From assembly GCA_949283145.1 (NCBI GenBank), contig CASDRL010000009.1:1283-65282 (forward strand): DNA of 64,000 bases. Reading direction: 5' to 3'. The position numbers and the translations under genes are program-made. Shown here piece after piece: positions 30,967 to 40,142 of the stretch. The notes beneath the pieces were generated by a model. It made no database searches. It was not told where the DNA came from and was given only the letters and a program-made list of their open reading frames with translations. Each line of letters begins with the position of its first letter. Position 1 is the first letter of the stretch. Source of the stretch: an uncultured Clostridia bacterium. Its GTDB lineage: Bacteria; Bacillota; Clostridia; Christensenellales; CAG-917.

Positions 30967-32775
30967 ATGTATTACGATCCGCTGAGGAACAAGACGCCTT
31001 ACGGCGCTTCCGTCGTGGGCGAGCCCACCGTGTTCGAGTTCACGCTGCCCGCGGACGAGCGTGCGGACAAGGTCACCGTCGTGGTCAGGATGGGTTCCGA
31101 CGAAAGACGTGCGGAGCTCAGATTCGCACGCTTCGACGGGGACGCCTCCGTCTATTCGGGCTCCGTCACGCTGCCCGTTGCAGGGCTGTGGTATTACCGT
31201 TTCGAGAGTGTGTCGGAGGGCAGAGTCACCTATTACGGCAGAGGTTCGGGCGGGTGCGCCGTTTCGGGGGAGTGGTTGCCGGAATGGCAGCTCACAGTAT
31301 CAAAATGTGCCTATAAAACCCCTGATTGGGCAAAAGACGGCGTTGTTTATCAGATCTTTGCCGACCGTTTCGCAAGGTCGGGCGAGGTGAAATTCGCAAA
31401 AAGGGGCAGGCTGCACGCGGATTGGTACGACCTTCCCGACATCGCGGACGAGGGCGGGGAATACCGCGCGGACGACTTCTTCGGTGGCAACGCGCAGGGC
31501 ATCATCGAGAAGCTGGATTATCTGAAGAGCCTGGGGGTCACCGTCATCTATCTTTCGCCCGTCTTCCTCTCATCAAGCAATCACCGCTACGACACCGCGG
31601 ATTATATGAAGGCGGACGAACTATTCGGCGGCGACAAGGGGGTCAAGGCGCTTTGCGCCGCGGCGAAAAAGAAGGGGATCAGGGTCATCCTCGACGGCGT
31701 GTTCAACCACACGGGCGCGGACAGCGTCTATTTCAACAAGTTCGGCAATTTCCCCGGGAAGGGAGCTTATCAGAGCAAGGACTCTCCCTATTACGGCTGG
31801 TACACCTTCTACGAGCACCCGGACAATTATCATTGCTGGTGGGGCTCCACCGTCGTCCCCACCGTCGACAAGAGCGCGGAGGGGTTCCGCAGGCTCATTC
31901 TCGGCAAGGGCGGCGTCATCGACAAGTGGACGAAGGCGGGCGCGGACGGCTGGCGGCTGGACGTCGTGGACGAGCTTCCCACCGATTTCGCGGATGCGCT
32001 CTGCGCCGCCATACGCAAGGCTAAAAATGACGCCCTGATCATCGGCGAGGTGTGGGAAGACGCCTCGGACAAGGTCAGCTACGGCACTTGGAGACCCTAT
32101 TTTATGGGCGATGAGCTGGACGGCGTGATGAACTATCCCTTCCGCCGTGCCATATTTGAGCTCATCATGAAGGGGGACAGAGAGAAATTCCGCGACGCGG
32201 TCACCCTCATCGCGGAGCACTATCCCAAGGAGAGCATGGATGTCTGCTTCACCCTTGTGGGCTCTCACGATACCGTGCGCGCTCTCACCGCGTTTTCGGG
32301 GGCGGAAGCGCCCTATTCCAAGGCGGAACGCCGCACCTTCCGGCTTTCGGAGGAATACTATGCCTTTGCCAAACTGCGCCTGAAGGCGGCGGCGATCCTG
32401 CAATACACCCTTCCCGGCATCCCCTGCGTCTATTACGGCGACGAGGCGGGGGTGCAGGGCTTCGAGGATCCGCTGAACCGCGCGACTTACCCCTGGGGCA
32501 GGCAGGACGACGATCTTCTCGGGCACTACCGCGCCCTCGGTGAACTCCGCCGCAGGAACGCGAACGCTCTCCGCGGCAAACTGCGTTTCCTCGACGACAG
32601 CGAACTTACGGTGTTTGAGCGCGTCTCGGAGGACGGCAGGGATGTGCTCCGCACCTATTACAACCCCTGCTTCCACGCGATCAGCCGCGAGGTGAACGCC
32701 GCGGACGCCTTTACGGGCGAGCACATTGAGACGCTCCGCATCCCGCCGCTTTCCGCATCTGTGGTGTCATATTGA
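30967..32775 (+). CDS. GH13 alpha-glucosidase/neopullulanase-like glycoside hydrolase
   Basis: GH13 regions 'ILDGVFNHTG', 'GWRLDVVDEL', 'IGEVWE' and 'LVGSHDTVR'. Start at ATG 30967 (AAAGGAGG RBS), not the track's 30778, which overlaps glgP. Confidence 0.85.
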   Translation: MYYDPLRNKTPYGASVVGEPTVFEFTLPADERADKVTVVVRMGSDERRAELRFARFDGDASVYSGSVTLPVAGLWYYRFESVSEGRVTYYGRGSGGCAVSGEWLPEWQLTVSKCAYKTPDWAKDGVVYQIFADRFARSGEVKFAKRGRLHADWYDLPDIADEGGEYRADDFFGGNAQGIIEKLDYLKSLGVTVIYLSPVFLSSSNHRYDTADYMKADELFGGDKGVKALCAAAKKKGIRVILDGVFNHTGADSVYFNKFGNFPGKGAYQSKDSPYYGWYTFYEHPDNYHCWWGSTVVPTVDKSAEGFRRLILGKGGVIDKWTKAGADGWRLDVVDELPTDFADALCAAIRKAKNDALIIGEVWEDASDKVSYGTWRPYFMGDELDGVMNYPFRRAIFELIMKGDREKFRDAVTLIAEHYPKESMDVCFTLVGSHDTVRALTAFSGAEAPYSKAERRTFRLSEEYYAFAKLRLKAAAILQYTLPGIPCVYYGDEAGVQGFEDPLNRATYPWGRQDDDLLGHYRALGELRRRNANALRGKLRFLDDSELTVFERVSEDGRDVLRTYYNPCFHAISREVNAADAFTGEHIETLRIPPLSASVVSY

Positions 32776-32799
32776 ACGGATAAACCATCGATTTTGACG

Positions 32800-32830
32800 A
32801 AACCGTCTCCGGGTGCGGAGACGGTTTTGT
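32800..32830 (+). terminator. Intrinsic terminator
   Basis: aaaccgtctcc-gggtgc-ggagacggttt hairpin followed by a T-rich tail. Confidence 0.75.
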
Positions 32831-33062
32831 CTGTTTTCGTTTTTCTTCCTTTCAACCGCCGCAGGGACGTTGCCCTCCGCGAGTCCCGGTCTCGGTCTGC
32901 GGCTCTCACTCCGCCTTGTTGTCTTGCCGCACCGCTTATTACATAAAAATTACAAATGTCGGGAAATCAGCTCTTTACACGGGGCGTGAATTCAAGTTAT
33001 AATATCCTTACTTGAACGGAATCGCGCGTGCGCGTTTTCAAGGACAAGGTAAGGAGGATACT

Positions 33063-35117
33063 ATGGACGACAACATCAACGGCGCGTCTGTCGCCGCCGA
33101 GGACGCCATCGCTCCCGATGCCGTCGAGGAGACCGCAAAGGTCTCGGACGATCGGACGGACGGGGAGGACGGCGAGCCCAAAAAGCCGCTCAAGTTGGAT
33201 TACGCACAGACTTTCAAGGTCGGTTTCGCATTTGCCATCATCATGATCTTCTGGACGGCGTACGACTTCGTCGTGCCGCTGCTCCTCGAGCACGCCTACG
33301 GTCTTTCCAACACCGTCCGCGGCCTCATAATGGGACTGGACAATCTGCTCTCCCTCTTCATGCTCCCCCTCTTCGGCAAGATCTCGGACAACGCCAAGGG
33401 CAAGCTGGTCAAGAAGTGGGGCAGAAGGACGCCTTTCATCGTCATAGGCACCATAGCCTCCGTCATCCTCATGGTCTTTGTCCCCGTCTCCACGCTCGGA
33501 CAGCAGGAGAAGGCGATGGACATCGAGAACGGCTATCTCGCGCAGCTCGACGAGGACGAATTCATGACCGAGCACCTCACCGAGTTCTGGGAGAAGGGCG
33601 GAAACTATGCCGACCGCGATTACATGGCGATTAACAACATCGACAAGGAGCAGTTCCTTGCCATCCGCTATGACGGGAAGTTCACCGCCACCAAGGCGTT
33701 CCTCGGCATGCTGGGTGCCACCACCTACAAGTACGACGGCGTGGAAGTCTCACTCGACACCGAGGTGGATCCCGCGGATCTCGGCTACAAGCTCGCGGAC
33801 TGGAACGGCGACGACGCTCTCACCTATGACGACATCAGGATAAGCAACGCGAACTACGAGAAGTTCGTCGCCGCCGGCATGAACACCTGGATCAGCGATC
33901 AGATCTACGAACAGGTCACCAACACCGCGGAAGGGCACAAGAGCATAGCCATTTATATGGTCATCCTGCTCCTCGTCCTCATTGCGATGGCGACCTTCCG
34001 TTCCCCCGCAGTCGCGCTCATGCCCGACGTCACGCCCAAGCCTCTGCGCTCGCAGGGCAACGCGGTCATCAACCTCTGCGGCGGCGTGGGCGGCGCGATA
34101 GCCTTCCTCATCTACACCGTCGTCCTCTTCGGAGAACGGCTGGAGAACTATGTCATCATCTTCTCGTCGGTGGCGGCGGGCATGTTGCTGCTGCTCGCGG
34201 GCTTCCTCGCCTTCGTGCGTGAGAAGAAGATGGTGGACCGCTGCCACGAGATATGCAAAGAGTACGGCATCGCCGATGAGGACGAAGCCGCTGCGGAGCG
34301 CGCCGAAGATGCGGCTGCCGCGGGCGAGAACGTCCTCGCGGACGAAAGTGCCGCATCCGAAAAAGCAGACATCTCCCCCGAAGTGCTGGAAGCCGCGAAA
34401 GCCAAGACGCGCAAGCTGCGCTCCCCCAAGGAATGGTGGGAGGCAAAGCCCAAGTCCGAACAGGCTAAGTTCATCAGCTTCCTGCTCATCCTCGGCTCCA
34501 TCTTCATGTGGTTCATGGGCTACAACGCCGTCTCTTCCAACCTCTCCGTCTACACCACCAAGGCGCTGAACCTCGACGCGGGCGTCGCGTCCATCATCTC
34601 CGGCGTCAGCATGGGCATCAGCGCGATAGCCTTCATCCCCGTGGGCTACATGGCGGCGAAGCTCGGCAGAAGAAAGACCATCATGATAGGTCTCGCCATG
34701 GCGATCATCAGCTTCCTGCTCATCTTCGCCTTCGTCTATCCCGCGGACAACGCGCGGCCCGCCGTGCTTTTCGCGCTGTTCTACCTCATCGCCGGCTTCG
34801 GGCTCATCATCATCAACGTCAACACCCTGCCCATGGTCGTCGAGCTCTCCACCGACGCCACCGTCGGACAGTACACCGGCTACTACTACGTCGCCACCAT
34901 GTCCGCCCAGGCTGTCACCCCCATGTTCGCCGGTATGGTCATGGACGCCTTCGAAGATAAAGGGCTCTTCATCTACAGTGCCATCTTCATCGCCCTCTCC
35001 ATCATTCTCATGGCATTCGTCAAGCACGGCGACAGCAAACCCATCGGCAAGGGCAAGAAGCTCTCAAAGGAGGAGAAGAGGCAGATACGGCTTGAAGCCC
35101 TCGACAACGCCGACTGA
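33063..35117 (+). CDS. MFS/GPH-type transporter with two large hydrophilic insertions
   Basis: AAGGAGGA RBS. 'LPLFGKISDNAKGKLVKKWGRRTPFIVIG' is the GPH signature, with multiple TMs. About 135 aa (approx. aa 165-300) and about 90 aa (approx. aa 400-490) are non-hydrophobic. Confidence 0.8.
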   Translation: MDDNINGASVAAEDAIAPDAVEETAKVSDDRTDGEDGEPKKPLKLDYAQTFKVGFAFAIIMIFWTAYDFVVPLLLEHAYGLSNTVRGLIMGLDNLLSLFMLPLFGKISDNAKGKLVKKWGRRTPFIVIGTIASVILMVFVPVSTLGQQEKAMDIENGYLAQLDEDEFMTEHLTEFWEKGGNYADRDYMAINNIDKEQFLAIRYDGKFTATKAFLGMLGATTYKYDGVEVSLDTEVDPADLGYKLADWNGDDALTYDDIRISNANYEKFVAAGMNTWISDQIYEQVTNTAEGHKSIAIYMVILLLVLIAMATFRSPAVALMPDVTPKPLRSQGNAVINLCGGVGGAIAFLIYTVVLFGERLENYVIIFSSVAAGMLLLLAGFLAFVREKKMVDRCHEICKEYGIADEDEAAAERAEDAAAAGENVLADESAASEKADISPEVLEAAKAKTRKLRSPKEWWEAKPKSEQAKFISFLLILGSIFMWFMGYNAVSSNLSVYTTKALNLDAGVASIISGVSMGISAIAFIPVGYMAAKLGRRKTIMIGLAMAIISFLLIFAFVYPADNARPAVLFALFYLIAGFGLIIINVNTLPMVVELSTDATVGQYTGYYYVATMSAQAVTPMFAGMVMDAFEDKGLFIYSAIFIALSIILMAFVKHGDSKPIGKGKKLSKEEKRQIRLEALDNAD

Positions 35118-35500
35118 CGGCGCTATTTCGCGAATTGCTGTGTCAAAGGCACCCTTTCCTGCGGGTTACGTACGCCTGAGTACGCGCCCCTTGAAAAGGG
35201 TGCCTTTTCCTTGCACTTCATCGAAATATCGCCGTCAGACCTAAATGCCTCCATTGCGCGAATTGTTGCGCCGTGCAGACCTCTTATGTACAACAAGTAC
35301 ACCGCGAGTCCTGCACGGCGGGGCTTTCGCGCATCTCATCCGAATAAGACGGTTTAGGGTGCCGTTTCTGCTTAGAGCAAGGGAAATGCTCCTCGCGCTA
35401 TTTTGCGTGATGCTGCGTCAAAGCCCCCGTCGTGGATGCTCACGTACGTCTCGGTACGCGCCGGCGCTCAAAGGGCGCTGCCCCTTGAACCCGGGCAGGG
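35117..35500. repeat. Tandem array of 3 copies of the ~110-nt structured repeat family
   Basis: Units start near 35117, 35243 and 35390. Each has an apical cgtac/gtacg-type (or tgtac/gtaca) stem. Outer stems differ but stay complementary: aaaggcaccctttc/gaaaagggtgccttt, then cgccgtgcag/ctgcacggcg. A 21-mer is shared with 1462-1482. Confidence 0.65.
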
Positions 35501-35562
35501 GTCCCACCCCTGCACCCCGGCAGGGATGACATCCCCGCACCCCTTACTTTTAATATAACAAT

Positions 35563-35600
35563 GCGCCGAAGGCTGCGGTTTCACCCTCAGCCTTCGGCGC
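35563..35600. terminator. Bidirectional terminator-like hairpin between convergent genes
   Basis: gcgccgaaggctg-(12-nt loop)-cagccttcggcgc, a 13-bp perfect stem flanked by inverted AT-rich arms (ttaatataac / ttatattataa). Confidence 0.6.
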
Positions 35601-35680
35601 ACTTATATTATAAAAGTATGGGAGCGCGAGGGTGTAACACCCTCGCAGGGGGAGTGGGGGTATAATACCCCCACAAGGGA

Positions 35681-36829
35681 TCAGTCCGTGACCTCGGCGT
35701 AGGAAGTGGCTGACCAGTCGAATCCGGGGCCCTGCTGGGTGTAGGCTTTGCCGACATAGGCTCTGCCTTCCTCTGCCGATGATGCGACGGTGAAGGGCAG
35801 AGAGGTGATGTTGCCCGCAATGCCGTCCACGAGGTTGGTGAGGACATAATCGCGCGCGTTGACATGCTGAGTGGTGAGATCTCCGAGTTCGTTCAGCCCG
35901 TCCAGCGTGACATATGCTGTGTTGGCGATGATCACATCTGTGAGGTAGGCGAGCCCGGGCGCCAATATTTCACTTTCGTATTGGTTGTAAACACCGCCCA
36001 TCGCTCCATACAGGTCGATAAACGCGCCCTTTTCGTTGAGGTAGGCGATCACATCTGCGGTCACTTTGGCGAGCGGCTCATCATATGATTCGCCGATGAT
36101 GTCCATCCTCCCTTTCGTGTAGCCGCCGAAAGCTTCGGAAGGGATATACGGGTCCGCAAGCGAGATGCGGTCGGGCACGCAACCGGGGTTGACGACCAGC
36201 CCTTCGTCGTACATTTTGGCGAGGGTATATGCCGCGGCGAGGACCATCTGCCCTCCGAAGGAGTGTCCCACAAAGTGCAGCTCGGTATTGACGGCGTTCT
36301 TCATCACGGTGGCGATCTCCCGTGCGAATTCGCCCGCGAAGGTGTGCCCGTTCAGCGCTCTTATGGCGTCAGTGTAATTGGAATCGTCGTCGGGAGTTTC
36401 GGTCGCTATCGTCCATATTTCGTCGTCAAGATATTCCAAAAGCCCGGCATAGAGGTGCCAGTCGAAGTAACCGACATTGTAGCCCGCGGCTCTCAGTTCC
36501 GCGGCGTAATCACGCTCGCCGCAAAGCTCTCCCAGATCATCTATCGTGCTCTGCTGGGTGACGAGTTCCTCGGCGGAGAGATCCGCCTTCCAGCCGTGGG
36601 AGTAGACGACGGTGGGTTTTTCGGGGTCGTAGAACTCGACGGGCATATCCGCCTCGGAGAGCATTTTTTCACCTTCGTCGTTGTACCAATACAGCCCGAA
36701 ATCGCGGTCGGGGTCGAGGGTGTAGACGGCGGGTCCGCCGGGATTTTTGTTGCAGGCGGTGAGGATCATTGCGCACGATACGGAAAGGACAAGCACCGCG
36801 CATAAAATGGCCAAAAGTTTCTTTTTCAT
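35681..36829 (-). CDS. Alpha/beta-hydrolase (lipase-like) lipoprotein
   Basis: Lipobox 'MILTACNK'. Nucleophile elbow 'HFVGHSFGGQ' (GxSxG). 'VVYSHGW' oxyanion region. Confidence 0.7.
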   Translation of the reverse strand: MKKKLLAILCAVLVLSVSCAMILTACNKNPGGPAVYTLDPDRDFGLYWYNDEGEKMLSEADMPVEFYDPEKPTVVYSHGWKADLSAEELVTQQSTIDDLGELCGERDYAAELRAAGYNVGYFDWHLYAGLLEYLDDEIWTIATETPDDDSNYTDAIRALNGHTFAGEFAREIATVMKNAVNTELHFVGHSFGGQMVLAAAYTLAKMYDEGLVVNPGCVPDRISLADPYIPSEAFGGYTKGRMDIIGESYDEPLAKVTADVIAYLNEKGAFIDLYGAMGGVYNQYESEILAPGLAYLTDVIIANTAYVTLDGLNELGDLTTQHVNARDYVLTNLVDGIAGNITSLPFTVASSAEEGRAYVGKAYTQQGPGFDWSATSYAEVTD

Positions 36830-36935
36830 AGATCCCCCTTTAATGCCGGACCCGGTTCGTATTGTCCAGGCCCTGCATGCCGAAGCCGATCCGTACGGGA
36901 GCGGCTTGGCTTAACGAATAAAAGCTGATGAAAAA

Positions 36936-36964
36936 ATTATATCACCGCTCGCGCGCGAGGTCAA
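36936..36964 (-). promoter_or_regulatory. Near-consensus extended -10 promoter for the lipase-like gene
   Basis: On the minus strand: TTGACC (36964-36959), a 17-nt spacer, then TGaTATAAT (36944-36936). About 100 nt upstream of the ATG at 36829. Confidence 0.5.
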
Positions 36965-37106
36965 TATCGGTCTGTATTCTTCCCGAGCCGCAATGTTTCT
37001 CGTGTGTATCATTCGGGCAAGGCATCGCGCCCGCCGTGCGACGGGCGGACGCGATGAGGATGACTTTTGAAACCGTGTCGTTCCGCGAGGTCTTCGCGGA
37101 CGGGGA

Positions 37107-39824
37107 TCATGCCGCGGCGGGGCGCTCGGCTTTGCGCTTTGCCGCAAGCCGCAGGAAGATCTTGGTCACTTCCACCGCAACGAGGGGGAAGAGGGAGAGC
37201 GCGACCACGATGAGATATTGTTCCGCATTGAGATAGACCAGCTCGAAGAAGTCCATGATGCCGGGGACGAAGGAGACGAGCGCCATGATGACCAGCGAGC
37301 CCGCGATGGCGAGCATGAGCATCTTGTTGTGTCCCTGACCGGGCTTGAAGATGCTGTCCGTGTTGGAGCGCTGGTTGACGGCGTGGACGAGCTGCGAGAG
37401 CGCGAGCACCATAAAGGTCATGGTCATTGCGATGGCGTGTTTTTCTTCCGGGGAGGAGCCATAGCACGCCTCCGCGACCCAATAGGCGGAGAGGGCGGTC
37501 AGCGTGATGATTATGCCGTTGACGACTATGCGCACGATGACCCCGCGCTCAAAGAGGGTGCCGCTCTTTACGGGCGGGACTTTCATCACGTTGCCGTCCG
37601 CGGGATCGACGCCGAGCGCGATGGCGGGCAGAGAGTCCGTGGCGAGGTTGATGAGCAGGATGTGGATGGCGAGGATGGGGTCCTCCCACCCGAAGCAGAA
37701 TGCGAGGAAGAGGGTGAGGATCTCCGCGATGTTGCCCGCGACCAGGAACTGTATCACCTTCTGTATGTTGCGGTAGACCCGCCTGCCTTCGCGGATCGCC
37801 TGTTCGATGGTGGTGAAATCGTCGTCGAGGAGGATCATGTCCGCCGCGTCCTTGGCAACGTCCGTGCCCGTGATCCCCATCGCGACGCCGATGTCCGCCT
37901 CTTTGAGGGCGGGGCTGTCGTTGACTCCGTCCCCCGTCATCGCGGCGACTTCGCCCGTGCGTTTGAGGGACTGTATGATGCGCAGCTTGTCGGCGGGGGA
38001 CACTCTTGCGAACACCACCGCGTTGCCCACGGCGGAGTCGAGTTCTTCGTCGGACATATCGTCCAGCTCCGCTCCCGAAATGACGGTGTTGCCGGGGCGG
38101 AAGATGTGCAGCTGCTTAGCGATGGCGAGGGCGGTGATCTTGTGGTCTCCCGTGATCATGACGACGCGGATGCCCGCCTCGTGGCAGGCGTCCACCGCAC
38201 CGATGACTTCGCCGCGGGGAGGGTCGATCATCCCCGTCACTCCCACGAACGTCATGCCGAACTCGATGTCTTCGTCATCCGAGAGAGGGAGGGCGGAGAG
38301 AGTGCGCACCGCAAACCCCAGCACGCGCAGCGCGTCCCCGCTCATCTTCTCGCAAAGCGCGCCTATCGCCGCTCTGTCTTCGTCGGTCATTTCGCGCACG
38401 CCGCCGCCATCGAGGATGTGTGTGCAGAGGGGGAGCATCTCGTCCACCGCGCCTTTGGTGTAGGCGGTGAGTTTGCCCTCGACGTCGTGCACCGTTGTCA
38501 TTCGCTTACGGTCGGAATCAAAGGGCTGTTCGAACAATTTCGGGTGTTTATCTTCACATTCGTCCTCGTCAACACCGTGAATGCGCGCAAACGTGATGAG
38601 CGCGCCCTCCGTCGGATCGCCGAGGGTCTCCCCCTCGCGGTCGGGGTCGAAGGTGGCGTTGCCGCAGAGCGCGCAGGCATATGTCAACGCCGTTTTGGAC
38701 GCCTCCGGCAGGGAGTCGAGATCCTCCGCCGCGACGGTCTCGCCGCGGAGCATCCCGCCCGCCGCGGCTATGTGTGTGACGGTCATCCTGTTGAGGGTGA
38801 GGGTGCCCGTCTTATCGCAGCAGACGACGGTGGCGCTGCCCAGCGTTTCCACCGCGGGCAGACTCTTGACAAGGGCGTTTCGTTTCGCCATGCGCTGTAC
38901 GCCGAACGCCATGATGATGGTGGCGGTGGCGGGCAGACCTTCGGGGATGATGGAGATGGCAAGAGAGATGCCGAGCAGCACAAGGGACTGCCATGTCCTG
39001 CCGCCTCTTGCAAAGCCGATCGCCATGATGATGACGCAGACGGCGAGTCCTATGACGGTGAGGATCTTGCCCACCGAGTTGAGTTTCTTTTTGATGGGGG
39101 TCTGGAAATCGTCCTGCATTTTGAGCATGTCGGCGATCTTCCCCACTTCGGTCGCGGTGCCCGTGGCGGCGACCATGCCCGTCGCGTTGCCGTACATCAC
39201 GACGGAGGAGGAATAAGCCATATTGATCCTGTCGCCGAGGGGAGCGTCTGCGGCAAGCACCGTGTTCGCGTCCTTTTCCGAGGGGACGGACTCGCCTGTG
39301 AGGGAGGCTTCCTGCACGCGCAGATTGTTGTCCGAAAGCAGTCTCACGTCCGCGGGGACGATGGCGCCGTCCTCGAGATAGATGACATCGCCCGGGACGA
39401 GTTCGCTCGCGGGGACGAGACTCTCCTCGCCGTCACGCAGCACGCGCGCGACGGGCGCGGTCATACTTTTGAGAGCGGCGAGGGCGTCGGCGGCTTTCTT
39501 CTCCTGGATGACGCCCACCGCTGCGTTGAGCGCGATGACCGCAAAGATGACGATGCCTTCCGCGAGCCCTTCGTCGTCGATGGCGTACATCACGAAAGAG
39601 AACACCATGGCGATGAACAGGATGATGACCATGATGTCCGAAAGCTGCTCGAAGATCATGCGCCATACGCTTTTGGGCTTGACGTCTCCTAGGGTGTTGC
39701 GCCCGTACTTTTCAAGGCGCGCCCGCGCTTCCGCGTCGGAAAGACCTTCCGCCGAGGAAGAGAGCAGTTTTTCCGTCTCGTCGACGGAGAGGGTGTGCCA
39801 CAAAGGGAGTGGATTGTCGTCCAT
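37107..39824 (-). CDS. P-type IIA (SERCA/YloB-like) Ca2+-transporting ATPase
   Basis: 'CCDKTGTLTLNRM', 'IIPEGLPAT', 'MITGDH' and 'TGDGVNDSPALKEADIGVAMG'. Start at ATG 39824 (GGAGGAAACAATG), not the track's 39851. Confidence 0.95.
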   Translation of the reverse strand: MDDNPLPLWHTLSVDETEKLLSSSAEGLSDAEARARLEKYGRNTLGDVKPKSVWRMIFEQLSDIMVIILFIAMVFSFVMYAIDDEGLAEGIVIFAVIALNAAVGVIQEKKAADALAALKSMTAPVARVLRDGEESLVPASELVPGDVIYLEDGAIVPADVRLLSDNNLRVQEASLTGESVPSEKDANTVLAADAPLGDRINMAYSSSVVMYGNATGMVAATGTATEVGKIADMLKMQDDFQTPIKKKLNSVGKILTVIGLAVCVIIMAIGFARGGRTWQSLVLLGISLAISIIPEGLPATATIIMAFGVQRMAKRNALVKSLPAVETLGSATVVCCDKTGTLTLNRMTVTHIAAAGGMLRGETVAAEDLDSLPEASKTALTYACALCGNATFDPDREGETLGDPTEGALITFARIHGVDEDECEDKHPKLFEQPFDSDRKRMTTVHDVEGKLTAYTKGAVDEMLPLCTHILDGGGVREMTDEDRAAIGALCEKMSGDALRVLGFAVRTLSALPLSDDEDIEFGMTFVGVTGMIDPPRGEVIGAVDACHEAGIRVVMITGDHKITALAIAKQLHIFRPGNTVISGAELDDMSDEELDSAVGNAVVFARVSPADKLRIIQSLKRTGEVAAMTGDGVNDSPALKEADIGVAMGITGTDVAKDAADMILLDDDFTTIEQAIREGRRVYRNIQKVIQFLVAGNIAEILTLFLAFCFGWEDPILAIHILLINLATDSLPAIALGVDPADGNVMKVPPVKSGTLFERGVIVRIVVNGIIITLTALSAYWVAEACYGSSPEEKHAIAMTMTFMVLALSQLVHAVNQRSNTDSIFKPGQGHNKMLMLAIAGSLVIMALVSFVPGIMDFFELVYLNAEQYLIVVALSLFPLVAVEVTKIFLRLAAKRKAERPAAA

Positions 39825-39849
39825 TGTTTCCTCCGATGAAATTATAAAC

Positions 39850-39880
39850 AAAAAGACATAGCCGTATTGCTACGGTTATG
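39850..39880 (-). terminator. Terminator-like hairpin immediately upstream of the ATPase gene (insulator or attenuator?)
   Basis: Minus strand: cataaccgta-gcaa-tacggctatg (10-bp stem, 1 mismatch, GNRA loop) followed by tcttttt. A TATAAT box (39846-39841) lies just downstream. Confidence 0.35.
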
Positions 39881-40142
39881 CCTCGTTTTGCTTTTCGTGT
39901 TGCCGAGGTGCAGCGGCGCTACTGTCGCTATCGCCTTCGTCCGACATGGTGTCCTCCGTTGAGATCGATCCTATTATATGCGAAAAACCGGCGGATGTCA
40001 ACATCGGCTTTTCATCCCGTATCTCGGGCTTGTATCATCCCTGTCCGTTGTCGGCGGAGGGAGACACGGCGGCGGACGGTAAGTGCGGCGGCGGAATAAC
40101 CGAGGGAAGGGGCGCATATGATGTTGACGATTGGAGGCGAAT

